A stretch of 64,000 nucleotides of DNA, from NCBI GenBank assembly GCA_045601385.1, contig JAZRZM010000003.1:60308-124307 (forward strand), written 5' to 3'. The notes beneath the pieces are model-generated. The model had not been told where the DNA came from and searched no databases. It worked only from the letters and a program-made list of their open reading frames with translations. Source of the stretch: Clostridia bacterium (GTDB taxonomy: Bacteria > Bacillota > Clostridia > Christensenellales > DTU072). Below are positions 47,853 through 57,255 of this stretch, piece by piece. Each line of letters starts with the position of its first letter. Position 1 is the first letter of the stretch. The position numbers and the translations under genes are program-made.

Positions 47853-49075
47853 AAGCGGTCGTTTTTACCCTCGGTTGCAAAGTAAACCGTTACGAATCCG
47901 ATTTTTTAGCGCAAGAATTGGAGAAAATAGGATACGAAGTCACCGACGAACCGGTCTATGCCGATTTGTATATTCTGAACACATGCGCCGTCACGCAAGA
48001 AGCCGAAAAAAAATCAAGGCAAGCGGTGACAAGGTGTCGCAAGTGTAATCCCGAAGGAAAAATCTTCGTAATCGGTTGCGCTTCGCAAAATCATCCCGAT
48101 TCTTTTGTGAAAGACAACGTTGTCTATATCGGCGGTACGGCGACCAAAAAAAACGTGCTTGCCCATTTGAACGACGAAATAAAAATCTTCGGACATAACG
48201 AACCGTCCGAAGAATTCGAAGATATGTTTTTATATCGTCCGACAAGGACGCGCTCTTTTATCAAAATTCAAGATGGTTGCGACCGATTCTGCACCTATTG
48301 TCTTATTCCGTACTTGCGCGGACGAAGCCGTTCGAGAAATCTTGCGGAAATCGTCCGAGAAGCACAAATTTTATCCGAAACAACTCCGGAAATCGTCCTT
48401 ACCGGCATCAACGTAATGGCGTACGGGCAGGATAACGGAGAAAGTCTTGATAAACTCGTCGACGCTTTACGCACGGTAAACGCAAGAATACGTTTGAGTT
48501 CTTTCTATGCCGAAGGCATTACCGAAAGTCTGCTTGACAAACTATTTTCTTTGCAAAAATTTTGTCCGCATTTTCACTTATCTTTGCAAAGCGGCGACGC
48601 CGACGTATTGAAAAAGATGAATCGCCATTATACGCCCGAAGAATATATGAAAAAAATCGATTTGATTCGCTCGTATGACAAAAACGCTTCCGTCGCGACC
48701 GATATTATCGTCGGGTTTCCTACGGAAACGGACAAAGGATTCAAAAACTCATACAATTTTGCAAAAGAAGCCGCTTTTTCGGATTTGCACGTTTTCCCGT
48801 TTTCGGCACGGGAAGGAACGGCGGCATATAAAATGCCGGGCGTCGATAAAAACGTGATCGAACAAAGAAAAGAAAAAATGCTCGGATTAAAAAAAGATTT
48901 ACGAGTAGAATTTTTGAAAAAAAACATCGGAATCGAGCATGAAGTTCTTATCGAAGAAAAAGCGGGGGATTTATATTGCGGTTATTCCCGTAATTATATA
49001 AAAATATATACAGACGAAAACGAGGGCATCGTAAAAACACGCCCGCATTCGATATATAAAGACGGATTACAATAA
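47849..49075 (+). CDS. mtaB: tRNA threonylcarbamoyladenosine methylthiotransferase MtaB (MiaB-like)
   Basis: UPF0004 N-domain (TLGCKVNRYES), radical-SAM CDRFCTYC, TRAM-like C-terminus. Synteny matches Bacillus yqeV. Confidence 0.88.
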   Translation: MKAVVFTLGCKVNRYESDFLAQELEKIGYEVTDEPVYADLYILNTCAVTQEAEKKSRQAVTRCRKCNPEGKIFVIGCASQNHPDSFVKDNVVYIGGTATKKNVLAHLNDEIKIFGHNEPSEEFEDMFLYRPTRTRSFIKIQDGCDRFCTYCLIPYLRGRSRSRNLAEIVREAQILSETTPEIVLTGINVMAYGQDNGESLDKLVDALRTVNARIRLSSFYAEGITESLLDKLFSLQKFCPHFHLSLQSGDADVLKKMNRHYTPEEYMKKIDLIRSYDKNASVATDIIVGFPTETDKGFKNSYNFAKEAAFSDLHVFPFSAREGTAAYKMPGVDKNVIEQRKEKMLGLKKDLRVEFLKKNIGIEHEVLIEEKAGDLYCGYSRNYIKIYTDENEGIVKTRPHSIYKDGLQ

Positions 49076-49090
49076 AAAGGAGATAGAAAA

Positions 49091-49435
49091 ATGAAAGAAG
49101 ACTGTTTGTTTTGTAAAATCGCCGCGGGGATCATCCCAAGTAGGTTTATCTATGAAGATGAAAAAATGATTATCATCAAGGATATCAATCCGCAGGCAAA
49201 ACTGCATTATCTCGCTATTCCGAAAGAACACTATGACGATATAAGCGATATATCCATACGTTCACCGGAAACACTGACGCACCTTTTTACGGTAATCGCC
49301 GAAAAAAAGGTCGAACTCGGCTTCAAAGACGGTTTCCGCGTCATAACAAACGCAGGGGAGAACGGCTGCCAAAGCGTAAAACACGTTCATATCCACTTGC
49401 TCGGCGGAGAAAAACTGTCCGAAAAAATGGGTTAA
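49091..49435 (+). CDS. HIT-family nucleotide hydrolase/transferase
   Basis: CLFCKI.. N-terminus and histidine triad HVHIHLLGG. Confidence 0.9.
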   Translation: MKEDCLFCKIAAGIIPSRFIYEDEKMIIIKDINPQAKLHYLAIPKEHYDDISDISIRSPETLTHLFTVIAEKKVELGFKDGFRVITNAGENGCQSVKHVHIHLLGGEKLSEKMG

Positions 49436-49443
49436 TAAAGCAT

Positions 49444-49477
49444 AAAAAAAGGGCTGTTATCAAAACAGCCTTTTTTC
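49444..49477. terminator. Bidirectional intrinsic terminator shared by the HIT gene and rpsU
   Basis: A7, GGCTGTT-ATCAA-AACAGCC (49452-70), T6. Confidence 0.85.
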
Positions 49478-49651
49478 TTAATACTTTCTTTTTCTTGCGT
49501 TTTCCGCTTTCTTTTTTCTTTTAACGCTGGGTTTTTCATAAACCTCGTGTTTTTTCAAATCACCGATAATGCCGTCTGTCGAGCATTTTCTTTTCCAACG
49601 ACGAAAAGCGCTGTCTACCGTTTCATTTTCTTTCACGATTACTGTAGCCAT
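49478..49651 (-). CDS. rpsU: 30S ribosomal protein S21 (not in the supplied ORF track because it is under 60 aa)
   Basis: My translation of the minus strand is MATVIVKENETVDSAFRRWKRKCSTDGIIGDLKKHEVYEKPSVKRKKKAENARKRKY*. GGAGGGGG RBS lies 8 nt upstream. This is a canonical S21 sequence. Confidence 0.92.
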   Translation of the reverse strand: MATVIVKENETVDSAFRRWKRKCSTDGIIGDLKKHEVYEKPSVKRKKKAENARKRKY

Positions 49652-49687
49652 TTATTGATTCACCCCCTCCGTAATTGATATGTAGGT

Positions 49688-49716
49688 ATCATATATGATT
49701 TTTCAAAAAAAGTCAA
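49688..49716 (-). promoter_or_regulatory. sigma-70-type promoter of rpsU
   Basis: Minus strand reads TTGACT (49716-11), 17 nt spacer, TATGAT (49693-88). Confidence 0.65.
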
Positions 49717-49840
49717 ATATTTTATACAATATTTTTTTTGTCGAAGTATTTTATTTTTTTCACGCGAAATACTAATTTTGTCAAATGGCTTTTTTCTCAT
49801 ATGACAAGACGTAGAATAGAAACGAAGGGAGGATTATGAT

Positions 49841-50149
49841 ATGGAAAAAGAAAAAAATTACAGAAAAATATTCGCAAAAGAAGCAAAAAAAAGATTGGCG
49901 ACCGTTACTGTAAACGACGTCGGGGACGAAAGATATTTTTTGAACAACCGTCGCCTGACGCAGGAAGAAATAGCCGCAATGGAAAACGTAATCGACGAAA
50001 TATCCGCAAGCGACGAGTTTATCCCGAACCCTATCGGGCGTTTTATCGATAAAAAGGAGTACGAACTGTTAGACGAACCGTCTCGTCAGAAATACGTTTT
50101 GGATCTGAGCAAAATCTACATAGAAATAAAAGAAAAAAAATCGAAATAA
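49841..50149 (+). CDS. Hypothetical protein (102 aa), upstream of dnaG
   Basis: AGGGAGGA RBS 8 nt upstream of the ATG. Charged, probably helical protein with no motif recognised. Confidence 0.6.
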   Translation: MEKEKNYRKIFAKEAKKRLATVTVNDVGDERYFLNNRRLTQEEIAAMENVIDEISASDEFIPNPIGRFIDKKEYELLDEPSRQKYVLDLSKIYIEIKEKKSK

Positions 50150-50202
50150 TTTTTGAAAAAAAATAAGGATATTTGCCGTAATGTGTCGAATATTTTTTTA
50201 GA

Positions 50203-51951
50203 ATGTACCCGGAGAGTTTTATCGAACAACTGAAAGACCGTCTCGATATCGTGGAGGTCATATCGCAATATGTCCCGACGCAGAGAAAAGGGCGCGACTA
50301 TTGGGCGTGTTGTCCTTTTCATCACGAAAAAACGCCTTCTTTTCAGATAAGACACGATCAGCAGGTATATCGCTGCTACGGGTGCGGCAAACACGGCAAC
50401 GTGTTTACCTTTGTTATGGAACAGGACGGAATCGGTTTTGTCGAAGCAGTCGAACTTCTCGCAAAAAAAACCGGACTCCCTTTGCCCGAACAAACGTATA
50501 ATCCCGAAGAAGCGAAAAAAAAGCAACTGCTCGAAAAAATTTATGCGATCAATAAAGAAACGGCGCTCTTCTATTATAACAATTTGAAAACGGACAAAGG
50601 ACAAATTGCGCTCGAATACCTTGCCGGGAGAGAATTGACAAGGGAAACGATACAGCACTTCGGCATGGGGTACTCGGCTGATTTTGACGCCTTGCCGCAA
50701 TATCTGTACAAAAAAGGCTACGATTATCCGTCTATGCAAGCAGCCGGCGTCATCGGTATCAACGAATCGGGCAAGCCGTATGACTTTTTCGGCGGAAGAC
50801 TGATGATACCCATTATCGGCGGCACAGGAAAGGTGCTCGGTTTTACGGGAAGACTCCTGGAAGCAAAACCGGATTTTGCAAAATACAAGAACACCTCGAC
50901 GACGCTCGCTTTCAACAAACGGAAAAATCTTTTCGGAATCAACAATTACCGAAAATATAAGCAGAATTCTCCGAGAAAAATGATTCTTGTCGAAGGGCAT
51001 ATGGACGTGATCACGCTGTATCAAGCGGGTATTCCTTATGCGGTCGCTTCGATGGGTACGTCTCTGACGATCGAACAATGTCGTGAAATCAAAAGAAACG
51101 CCGATATCGTGTACGTTTCTTACGACGGCGACAGTGCCGGACAAAACGCAACGATACGCGGACTCGACCTATTGAAAGGGCAGGGGCTGGACGTAAAAGT
51201 CGTTTGCCTTACCGACAATCTCGATCCCGACGACTATATCAAAAAATACGGACGAGACGGCTATTTGAGATTGATGGACGAAGCCTTGCCTCTTATCGAT
51301 TTCAAACTGAAAGCGGTGGCAAAAGGACATACTTTTTCTTCCTCCGACGACAAAGTAAAATACGCGCGAGAAGCCATCGAAGTCTTAAAAGATCTTGACG
51401 AAGTGGAAAAAGCTGTTTATGTCGAAACAGTCAGCCGTTTGTCGGGGCTGGATAAAGACGTTCTTTTAGGCAAAGCCAAAGAACCGCCGAAAACAACCGC
51501 CGAACCGACTGGGAAAACCGACGATCCGATCACCGAAGAAAGGGAGCAGACGGCAGTCGACCTTGCGGCGCAGTTCTGCTTGTCTTGTATGTATTTCGGA
51601 TGCTCGTTTGTTAAAATCGTCGACGTTAATTCCGATTATTTTCCGAAAACGGAACACAAAAGGATTATCGAATACATTCAGGAATGCGGAAAAACCAATA
51701 TCTATCCGAGAGCCGACAAATTATACGAACTGCTGGATAACGACGAAGCCGCCGCGATCGTCGACGCGCAGGAAACAATCAAAAGAGAGAATCAAGCCGA
51801 CTACTACGCAAACAGTCTACGCATTCTGAAAAAAGAATACTTTACCAAGGAAAAAGCAAGGCTTATCGCCGAATTAAGTACTGAACAGGATGAAAACGTC
51901 AAAAAGGAAATCAAACTGAAAATCGTACAACTAACCAAACTATCTTTATAA
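50203..51951 (+). CDS. dnaG: DNA primase
   Basis: Zinc-binding [23 protein letters not shown] and a Toprim domain (EGHMDV..YDGDSAG). Confidence 0.95.
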   Translation: MYPESFIEQLKDRLDIVEVISQYVPTQRKGRDYWACCPFHHEKTPSFQIRHDQQVYRCYGCGKHGNVFTFVMEQDGIGFVEAVELLAKKTGLPLPEQTYNPEEAKKKQLLEKIYAINKETALFYYNNLKTDKGQIALEYLAGRELTRETIQHFGMGYSADFDALPQYLYKKGYDYPSMQAAGVIGINESGKPYDFFGGRLMIPIIGGTGKVLGFTGRLLEAKPDFAKYKNTSTTLAFNKRKNLFGINNYRKYKQNSPRKMILVEGHMDVITLYQAGIPYAVASMGTSLTIEQCREIKRNADIVYVSYDGDSAGQNATIRGLDLLKGQGLDVKVVCLTDNLDPDDYIKKYGRDGYLRLMDEALPLIDFKLKAVAKGHTFSSSDDKVKYAREAIEVLKDLDEVEKAVYVETVSRLSGLDKDVLLGKAKEPPKTTAEPTGKTDDPITEEREQTAVDLAAQFCLSCMYFGCSFVKIVDVNSDYFPKTEHKRIIEYIQECGKTNIYPRADKLYELLDNDEAAAIVDAQETIKRENQADYYANSLRILKKEYFTKEKARLIAELSTEQDENVKKEIKLKIVQLTKLSL

Positions 51952-51965
51952 TAGGAGAAAACATT

Positions 51966-53036
51966 ATGGTCGAAAAAGAAGAACGAAAGAAGCAGGAACT
52001 TGCCAAAATAATCGAACTGTATAAGGAAAAGAAAGCCATATCCGAAGACGAACTTCTGAACCGCATGGATCGGATTCAACTTGACGCCAACGATATGGAA
52101 GACGTCTATGCCACTTTGGAACAAAACGGCATCAAAGTCACGTCCGTAGCCGATCAGGAAAAGTTCAGCAGCGAAATGATTCAAAAAATCATGAGCGAAG
52201 TCAGTGTGGACGATTCGGTGAAAATGTACCTGAAAGATATCGGTCGCGTTCCGCTGCTTTCACCGCAGGAAGAACTGGAAATCGCGCGCAGAATGACCGA
52301 CGAACACGACGAAGAGGCCAAGAAAAAGTTGATTAACGCCAACTTGCGTCTCGTCGTCAATCTTGCCAAAAGATACGTCGGACGAGGCATGCAGTTTCTC
52401 GATTTGATTCAGGAAGGGAACCTCGGACTGATGAAAGCCGTGGAAAAATTCGATTATACGCGCGGATATAAGTTTTCGACGTACGCCACTTGGTGGATTC
52501 GTCAGGCGATCACAAGATCCCTTGCCGATCAGGCGCGTACGATTCGTATCCCCGTGCACATGGTGGAGACGATTAACCGTTTGACCAAAATCAGTCGGAC
52601 CCTTTTACAAAAACTGGGCAGAGAACCCACCCAAGCGGAAATCGCCGAAGCAATGGGGATTCCTGAGTCCAAAGTCGCCGAAATTCAAAAAATCGCACTC
52701 GATCCGGTTTCTCTCGAAACGCCGATCGGCGAAGAAGAAGACAGCCATCTGGGAGACTTTATCGAAGACAAAACGACGGCAAGTCAACTCGATATCGCCG
52801 AAAGCAAGATGCTGAAAGAACAAATCAACGAGATACTCGGCACGCTTGCACCGCGTGAAGCGGCAGTACTGATTTTGCGTTACGGTTTGCGCGACAACCG
52901 TACGCGTACTCTCGAAGAAGTCGGCAAAGTCTTTAACGTAACGCGTGAAAGAATACGTCAGATCGAGGCGAAAGCCCTTCGTAAACTTCGCCATCCCAAC
53001 AAAATCAAAAAGTTTCAGGATTTTTTGGATAAATAA
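51966..53036 (+). CDS. sigA: RNA polymerase primary sigma factor (SigA/RpoD)
   Basis: Region 2 [12 protein letters not shown] and region 4.2 [30 protein letters not shown]. Follows dnaG. Confidence 0.97.
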   Translation: MVEKEERKKQELAKIIELYKEKKAISEDELLNRMDRIQLDANDMEDVYATLEQNGIKVTSVADQEKFSSEMIQKIMSEVSVDDSVKMYLKDIGRVPLLSPQEELEIARRMTDEHDEEAKKKLINANLRLVVNLAKRYVGRGMQFLDLIQEGNLGLMKAVEKFDYTRGYKFSTYATWWIRQAITRSLADQARTIRIPVHMVETINRLTKISRTLLQKLGREPTQAEIAEAMGIPESKVAEIQKIALDPVSLETPIGEEEDSHLGDFIEDKTTASQLDIAESKMLKEQINEILGTLAPREAAVLILRYGLRDNRTRTLEEVGKVFNVTRERIRQIEAKALRKLRHPNKIKKFQDFLDK

Positions 53037-53674
53037 TGCAACTGTCCGTACGTCTCAACCGTCTTCTTGCCGAAATTGACGGAAAAACATGCGCGGATAT
53101 CGGCTGCGATCACGGAAAACTCATCGTTTGCGCCGTAAAAGGTAAAAAAATCGAACACGGATACGCCGTCGATATCAGTCGCGAAAGTCTGCAAAAAGCA
53201 AAGGATCTCGCCGCCGAAAACGAAATCGAAGATAAAATCGATTTTTTGTACGGCGACGGTTTTTTGCCTTTGCCCGAAAAACAAGACGCGATTGTCATTG
53301 CCGGCATGGGGGCACGCGAGACGGTTCATATCTTATCGCAAGGCGATTACGGCAAAAAATACATTTTGTCTCCGCATCAGGAAGCACATGTTTTGAGACG
53401 GTTTCTTGCGGAAAACGATTACTTTATCGAAAAGGATTATTACATATTCGATAAAAAATACTATCCTATCATCGTTGCCGTAAAAGGGAAGTCCAATTAT
53501 ACGGATAAAGAATATTTTTTCGGCAAAAACACACCGCCCGATAAAATCTTTTTTTCTTATGTGAAAAGAAGAAAAGCGATACTTGACAAACTGTTTAAGG
53601 AAGTAGGAGATAAACTTTCCGAAGAAAAGAAAAAAGAAAGAGAGGAGGCAACATGTATCTTGTCAAGGACATAA
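53036..53674 (+). CDS. trmK: tRNA (adenine22-N1)-methyltransferase TrmK
   Basis: LSVRLNRLLAEI..CADIGCDHGKL.. is a typical TrmK/YqfN N-terminus. Synteny after sigA. Confidence 0.85.
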   Translation: MQLSVRLNRLLAEIDGKTCADIGCDHGKLIVCAVKGKKIEHGYAVDISRESLQKAKDLAAENEIEDKIDFLYGDGFLPLPEKQDAIVIAGMGARETVHILSQGDYGKKYILSPHQEAHVLRRFLAENDYFIEKDYYIFDKKYYPIIVAVKGKSNYTDKEYFFGKNTPPDKIFFSYVKRRKAILDKLFKEVGDKLSEEKKKEREEATCILSRT

Positions 53675-54420
53675 CCGATATTATCGAAGAATTCGCACCC
53701 CTCGAAACACAATTTTCGTACGATAAATGCGGCTTAAAAACGGGAAATAAAAATCAGCCCGCATTAGGTGTGCTCGTGACGCTCGATCTCAACGAAAACG
53801 TCGTAAAAGAAGCGCAAAAAAAAGGTTGTAATCTTATCGTCGAACATCATCCGTCCATTTGGACCGCTTGGAAAGAAATCGATACGGCATATCCCAAAAC
53901 AAAAGCCCTTATCTATGCGGCGTCTCAAAACATCGCCGTATATTCCGCTCACACAAATATAGACAACGCGGACGGCGGACTCAATGACCTTTTCGCCAAA
54001 AAAATCGGACTGACCGCGGTAAAAAAACTACCTTTCGGGCGCATGGGTTTACTCGAAAAAGAAATGACCGTCGAAGAATTCGCAACAATTATCGGCAAAA
54101 AAATAAACGACAAAAATATAAAAATTATCGGAAACAACCAAAAAAAGCTACTTAGTATCGCCGTAATAAACGGCGCGGGAGGAGGAGAAGAAGAAACGAT
54201 CCTCAAAAGCATAGAAGCAGGGTGCGACGCGCTCGTTACAGCCGAAGTAAAATATAACGTCGCACGGTTGTCAAAAGATATCGGCTATGCTATAATAGAA
54301 GTCGGACACTATACGAGCGAAATCGCTTTTAATGATTTGATTTCTTCTCTTATCCGTTCAAAACTAAACGATTTTCCCGTTTTTTCTTCGGAAACATTGG
54401 AAAATCCGTATTGTCAATAA
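53653..54420 (+). CDS. Nif3-like dinuclear metal center protein (YqfO family)
   Basis: ..DKCGLKTGN..IVEHHPSIW..YSAHTNID.. are Nif3 metal-ligand motifs. Confidence 0.88.
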   Translation: MYLVKDITDIIEEFAPLETQFSYDKCGLKTGNKNQPALGVLVTLDLNENVVKEAQKKGCNLIVEHHPSIWTAWKEIDTAYPKTKALIYAASQNIAVYSAHTNIDNADGGLNDLFAKKIGLTAVKKLPFGRMGLLEKEMTVEEFATIIGKKINDKNIKIIGNNQKKLLSIAVINGAGGGEEETILKSIEAGCDALVTAEVKYNVARLSKDIGYAIIEVGHYTSEIAFNDLISSLIRSKLNDFPVFSSETLENPYCQ

Positions 54421-54437
54421 AAGGAGAGCATTTATAT

Positions 54438-55142
54438 ATGTCACTGTCAAAAATACTCGATTATCAAAAAAAAGATCTCGTTTTATACCGTCGGGAAAAA
54501 GAACTCGCCGAATCCAACGAAGCCAAAAGAGCGCTTCTTTGCAGAAAAGCATTCAACGACGCCGACAACAGTCTGAACGATTTGAAACAAACGTTGGACA
54601 GTTATTATCGCGCGTTGGATGAATTATCGCTGAAAGCAAAAAATGCGGAAGAAATAAAACATAGTCTTTTTTCGGAATCGGAAACACTCGGTACCGACGA
54701 AGAATATGCCGCATTTGAGAAAAAACTGGAAGAATTCGATAAATTTGTCGGTGATATTACGAAAGAAATCGCAAAAATAACCAAACAAATAAGCGACGTC
54801 GCCGTACAAAACAAAACAACACACGATAAACTTTTTGTACTGAATCGCGAATACGTTATCAGCAAAACAAAATTTATCGCGCAGAAAGACGCTTTTGAAA
54901 AAGAGGCGGAGCCGGTCAGAAAACAACTCGAAGAAATCACGAAAGACATTGACGCAAAATTGCTCGAAAAATATAACGCTATCCGCGCGGCAAAAAAAAT
55001 GCCCGCTTTCGTCCCGTTTATGGACGGAACAAACTGCGGCGCCTGCGGTATGGACATCGGGATCGAAGTCGGTAAAAAACTCGTAAATTCGGGCGATATG
55101 ACGGAGTGTCCACATTGCGGAAGAATCGTCTACAAGATTTGA
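54438..55142 (+). CDS. Coiled-coil / C4 zinc-ribbon protein (COG1579-like, usual Nif3 neighbour)
   Basis: Long coiled-coil, then CGACGMDI..CPHCGRIVY. Start set at ATG 54438 behind the AAGGAGAG RBS rather than 54411. Confidence 0.8.
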   Translation: MSLSKILDYQKKDLVLYRREKELAESNEAKRALLCRKAFNDADNSLNDLKQTLDSYYRALDELSLKAKNAEEIKHSLFSESETLGTDEEYAAFEKKLEEFDKFVGDITKEIAKITKQISDVAVQNKTTHDKLFVLNREYVISKTKFIAQKDAFEKEAEPVRKQLEEITKDIDAKLLEKYNAIRAAKKMPAFVPFMDGTNCGACGMDIGIEVGKKLVNSGDMTECPHCGRIVYKI

Positions 55143-55195
55143 TAAAATAAAAATAAAACGCATATCATAGAACATCTTTGTAACGGGGGTGTTCT

Positions 55196-55966
55196 ATGTT
55201 CTTTATCAAAATGAACGGGCTGGAAAACGACTATATTTTCGTAAAAAAGGCCCAAAATGATCTTTCCGCCGGAGCGGTGCGTTTACTTTGCGACCGAAAA
55301 AGCGGCATAGGCGCGGACGGCGTCGTCCTTGTCTCGGACAGTCTTATTTGCGACTGCAAAATGCAAATATATAACCGGGACGGAACGGAAGCGGAAATGT
55401 GCGGAAACGCTTTACGCTGTCTCGGTCGATATCTTGCCGATACCAACCCGAAAAAAACGTTTTTTTCCGTCGAAACAAGAGCCGGCGTAAAAGAAGTCGA
55501 GAAAAAGGAAAACGAAGAATTTGAGTGCAATCTCGGCGCTCCTCGCGCGTTCGATCGAGAAGCGTACCGAATAACGATTGACGACGAAATGATCGACGGG
55601 TATCGCGTCGACATGGGAAATCCGCATTTTGTGCTTTTTCATCCCTATAACGATGAATTAGCCGAAAAAATAAGCGAAAATACCGATTACTTCCCGCAAA
55701 GGACGAACGTTGAGTTTGTGGAAATGACAGCCAATGTGCCGCATGTACGCGTGTACGAACGGGGCTGCGGCGAAACGAGCGCCTGCGGAACGGGCGCGGC
55801 GGCGGTTTTTGCCGTAATCGGGAAAAAAGAATTGAGCATTATCTTGCCGGGCGGCGCGCTGAATTGCCGCAAAAACGAAAAAGGAGAAATCCTGCAAAGA
55901 GGTAAAACCGCTTACAACTTTACGGGAAGCATAGAAAAAAATGTTACACCTGAACGAAAACTATAA
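55196..55966 (+). CDS. dapF: Diaminopimelate epimerase
   Basis: Both catalytic Cys motifs are present: NRDGTEAEMCGNALRC and ERGCGETSACGTGA. Confidence 0.9.
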   Translation: MFFIKMNGLENDYIFVKKAQNDLSAGAVRLLCDRKSGIGADGVVLVSDSLICDCKMQIYNRDGTEAEMCGNALRCLGRYLADTNPKKTFFSVETRAGVKEVEKKENEEFECNLGAPRAFDREAYRITIDDEMIDGYRVDMGNPHFVLFHPYNDELAEKISENTDYFPQRTNVEFVEMTANVPHVRVYERGCGETSACGTGAAAVFAVIGKKELSIILPGGALNCRKNEKGEILQRGKTAYNFTGSIEKNVTPERKL

Positions 55967-57116
55967 AAACCTGAAAGAAAGTTATTTATTTACCGACATC
56001 GCAAAAAAAGTATCGGTTTTTACGGCAAATAACCCCGACAAAACGACGATACGACTGGGTATCGGAGACGTCACGCAACCGATTATTCCGGAAGTGGTGA
56101 ACGCGATGAAAAAAGCCGCGGAAGACATGGAACGCAAAGAGACTTTTCACGGTTACGGTCCCGAACAGGGGTATCCGTTTTTGCGTGAAAAAATCGCTTC
56201 CTATTACGCGACCGAAATGAACGTTGTTCTCGATACCGACGAAATTTTCGTTTCGGACGGCGCAAAAAGCGACATCGGCAATTTTACCGACCTTCTCGGC
56301 GATAACGAAATCGTCGTTCCCGATCCCGTTTATCCCGTGTATGTAGATAGCAATATAATGCTCGGAAGAAAAATATCTTACATAAACGGTAACGTAGGCA
56401 ACGGATTTTTGCCAATTCCCGATCAAAACACGAAAGGAGACGTATTTTATCTTTGTTCTCCGAATAATCCGACGGGCGCCGTTTATTCTCGTGAGCAATT
56501 AAAAAAATGGGTTGACTTTGCCATAGAGAACAAAGCGCTCATTCTCTTTGACGCGGCTTACGAATCCTTTGTTCGAGGCGACTTGCCCCGTTCGATTTTT
56601 GAAATCGAGGGAGCAAAACAATGCGCCGTCGAATTTTGTTCATTCTCGAAGACGGCAGGCTTTACCGGACTTCGTTGCGGATATACCGTCGTACCGAAAA
56701 CGCTCGTTTTCGACGGAATGAGTCTGAACAAGATGTGGCTTCGCCGTCAAACGACAAAATTCAACGGCGTTTCCTACGTCACACAACGCGGAGCCGAAGC
56801 CGTTTTTTCGGAAAACGGTTTGAAAAACATACGAAAAACAATTGAAATTTATCGTGAAAACGCAAAAATTATGACTGAAACAATGGAAAAAGCCGGAATA
56901 TGGTATACGGGCGGCGTACATTCTCCCTATGTGTGGATACAATGTCCGAACGGCAAAAACTCGTGGGAATTCTTTGATTTGTTATTGAACGAATGCGCCG
57001 TCGTCGGTACGCCCGGAAGCGGTTTCGGTGCAAACGGAGAAGGTTATTTCCGTCTGACCGCTTTCAATACGCTTGACAATACAAAAGAAGCGATGCGTCG
57101 CTTACTGACTTTATAA
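55941..57116 (+). CDS. dapL: LL-diaminopimelate aminotransferase (DapL)
   Basis: N-terminus LNENYKNLKESYLFTDIAKKV and PLP-lysine region FCSFSKTAGFTGLRCGY are typical DapL. 26-nt overlap with dapF. Confidence 0.88.
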   Translation: MLHLNENYKNLKESYLFTDIAKKVSVFTANNPDKTTIRLGIGDVTQPIIPEVVNAMKKAAEDMERKETFHGYGPEQGYPFLREKIASYYATEMNVVLDTDEIFVSDGAKSDIGNFTDLLGDNEIVVPDPVYPVYVDSNIMLGRKISYINGNVGNGFLPIPDQNTKGDVFYLCSPNNPTGAVYSREQLKKWVDFAIENKALILFDAAYESFVRGDLPRSIFEIEGAKQCAVEFCSFSKTAGFTGLRCGYTVVPKTLVFDGMSLNKMWLRRQTTKFNGVSYVTQRGAEAVFSENGLKNIRKTIEIYRENAKIMTETMEKAGIWYTGGVHSPYVWIQCPNGKNSWEFFDLLLNECAVVGTPGSGFGANGEGYFRLTAFNTLDNTKEAMRRLLTL

Positions 57117-57137
57117 AAAAAGAAAACGATTTGTTTG

Positions 57138-57165
57138 CCCGTCGATTATTTCGACGGGTTTTTTA
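57138..57165 (+). terminator. Intrinsic terminator after dapL
   Basis: CCCGTCGA-TTATTT-TCGACGGG followed by TTTTTT. Confidence 0.85.
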
Positions 57166-57255
57166 TATATTATTTAATATATTTTTTGAAAACAGTTGTC
57201 ATTTTGTTTCGGCTATGGTATTATTTTTCCATAATTTGTTAATTCGGAGCGATAT

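Noticed and set aside
50116-51144. 342-aa ORF antisense to dnaG (also 59323..60243 antisense to lacZ, and 9687..10205, 11643..12251, 13059..13697 antisense to the giant gene)
   Set aside because: These are frame -1 shadows of real genes. There is no independent evidence for them, and the composition is typical of antisense translation.
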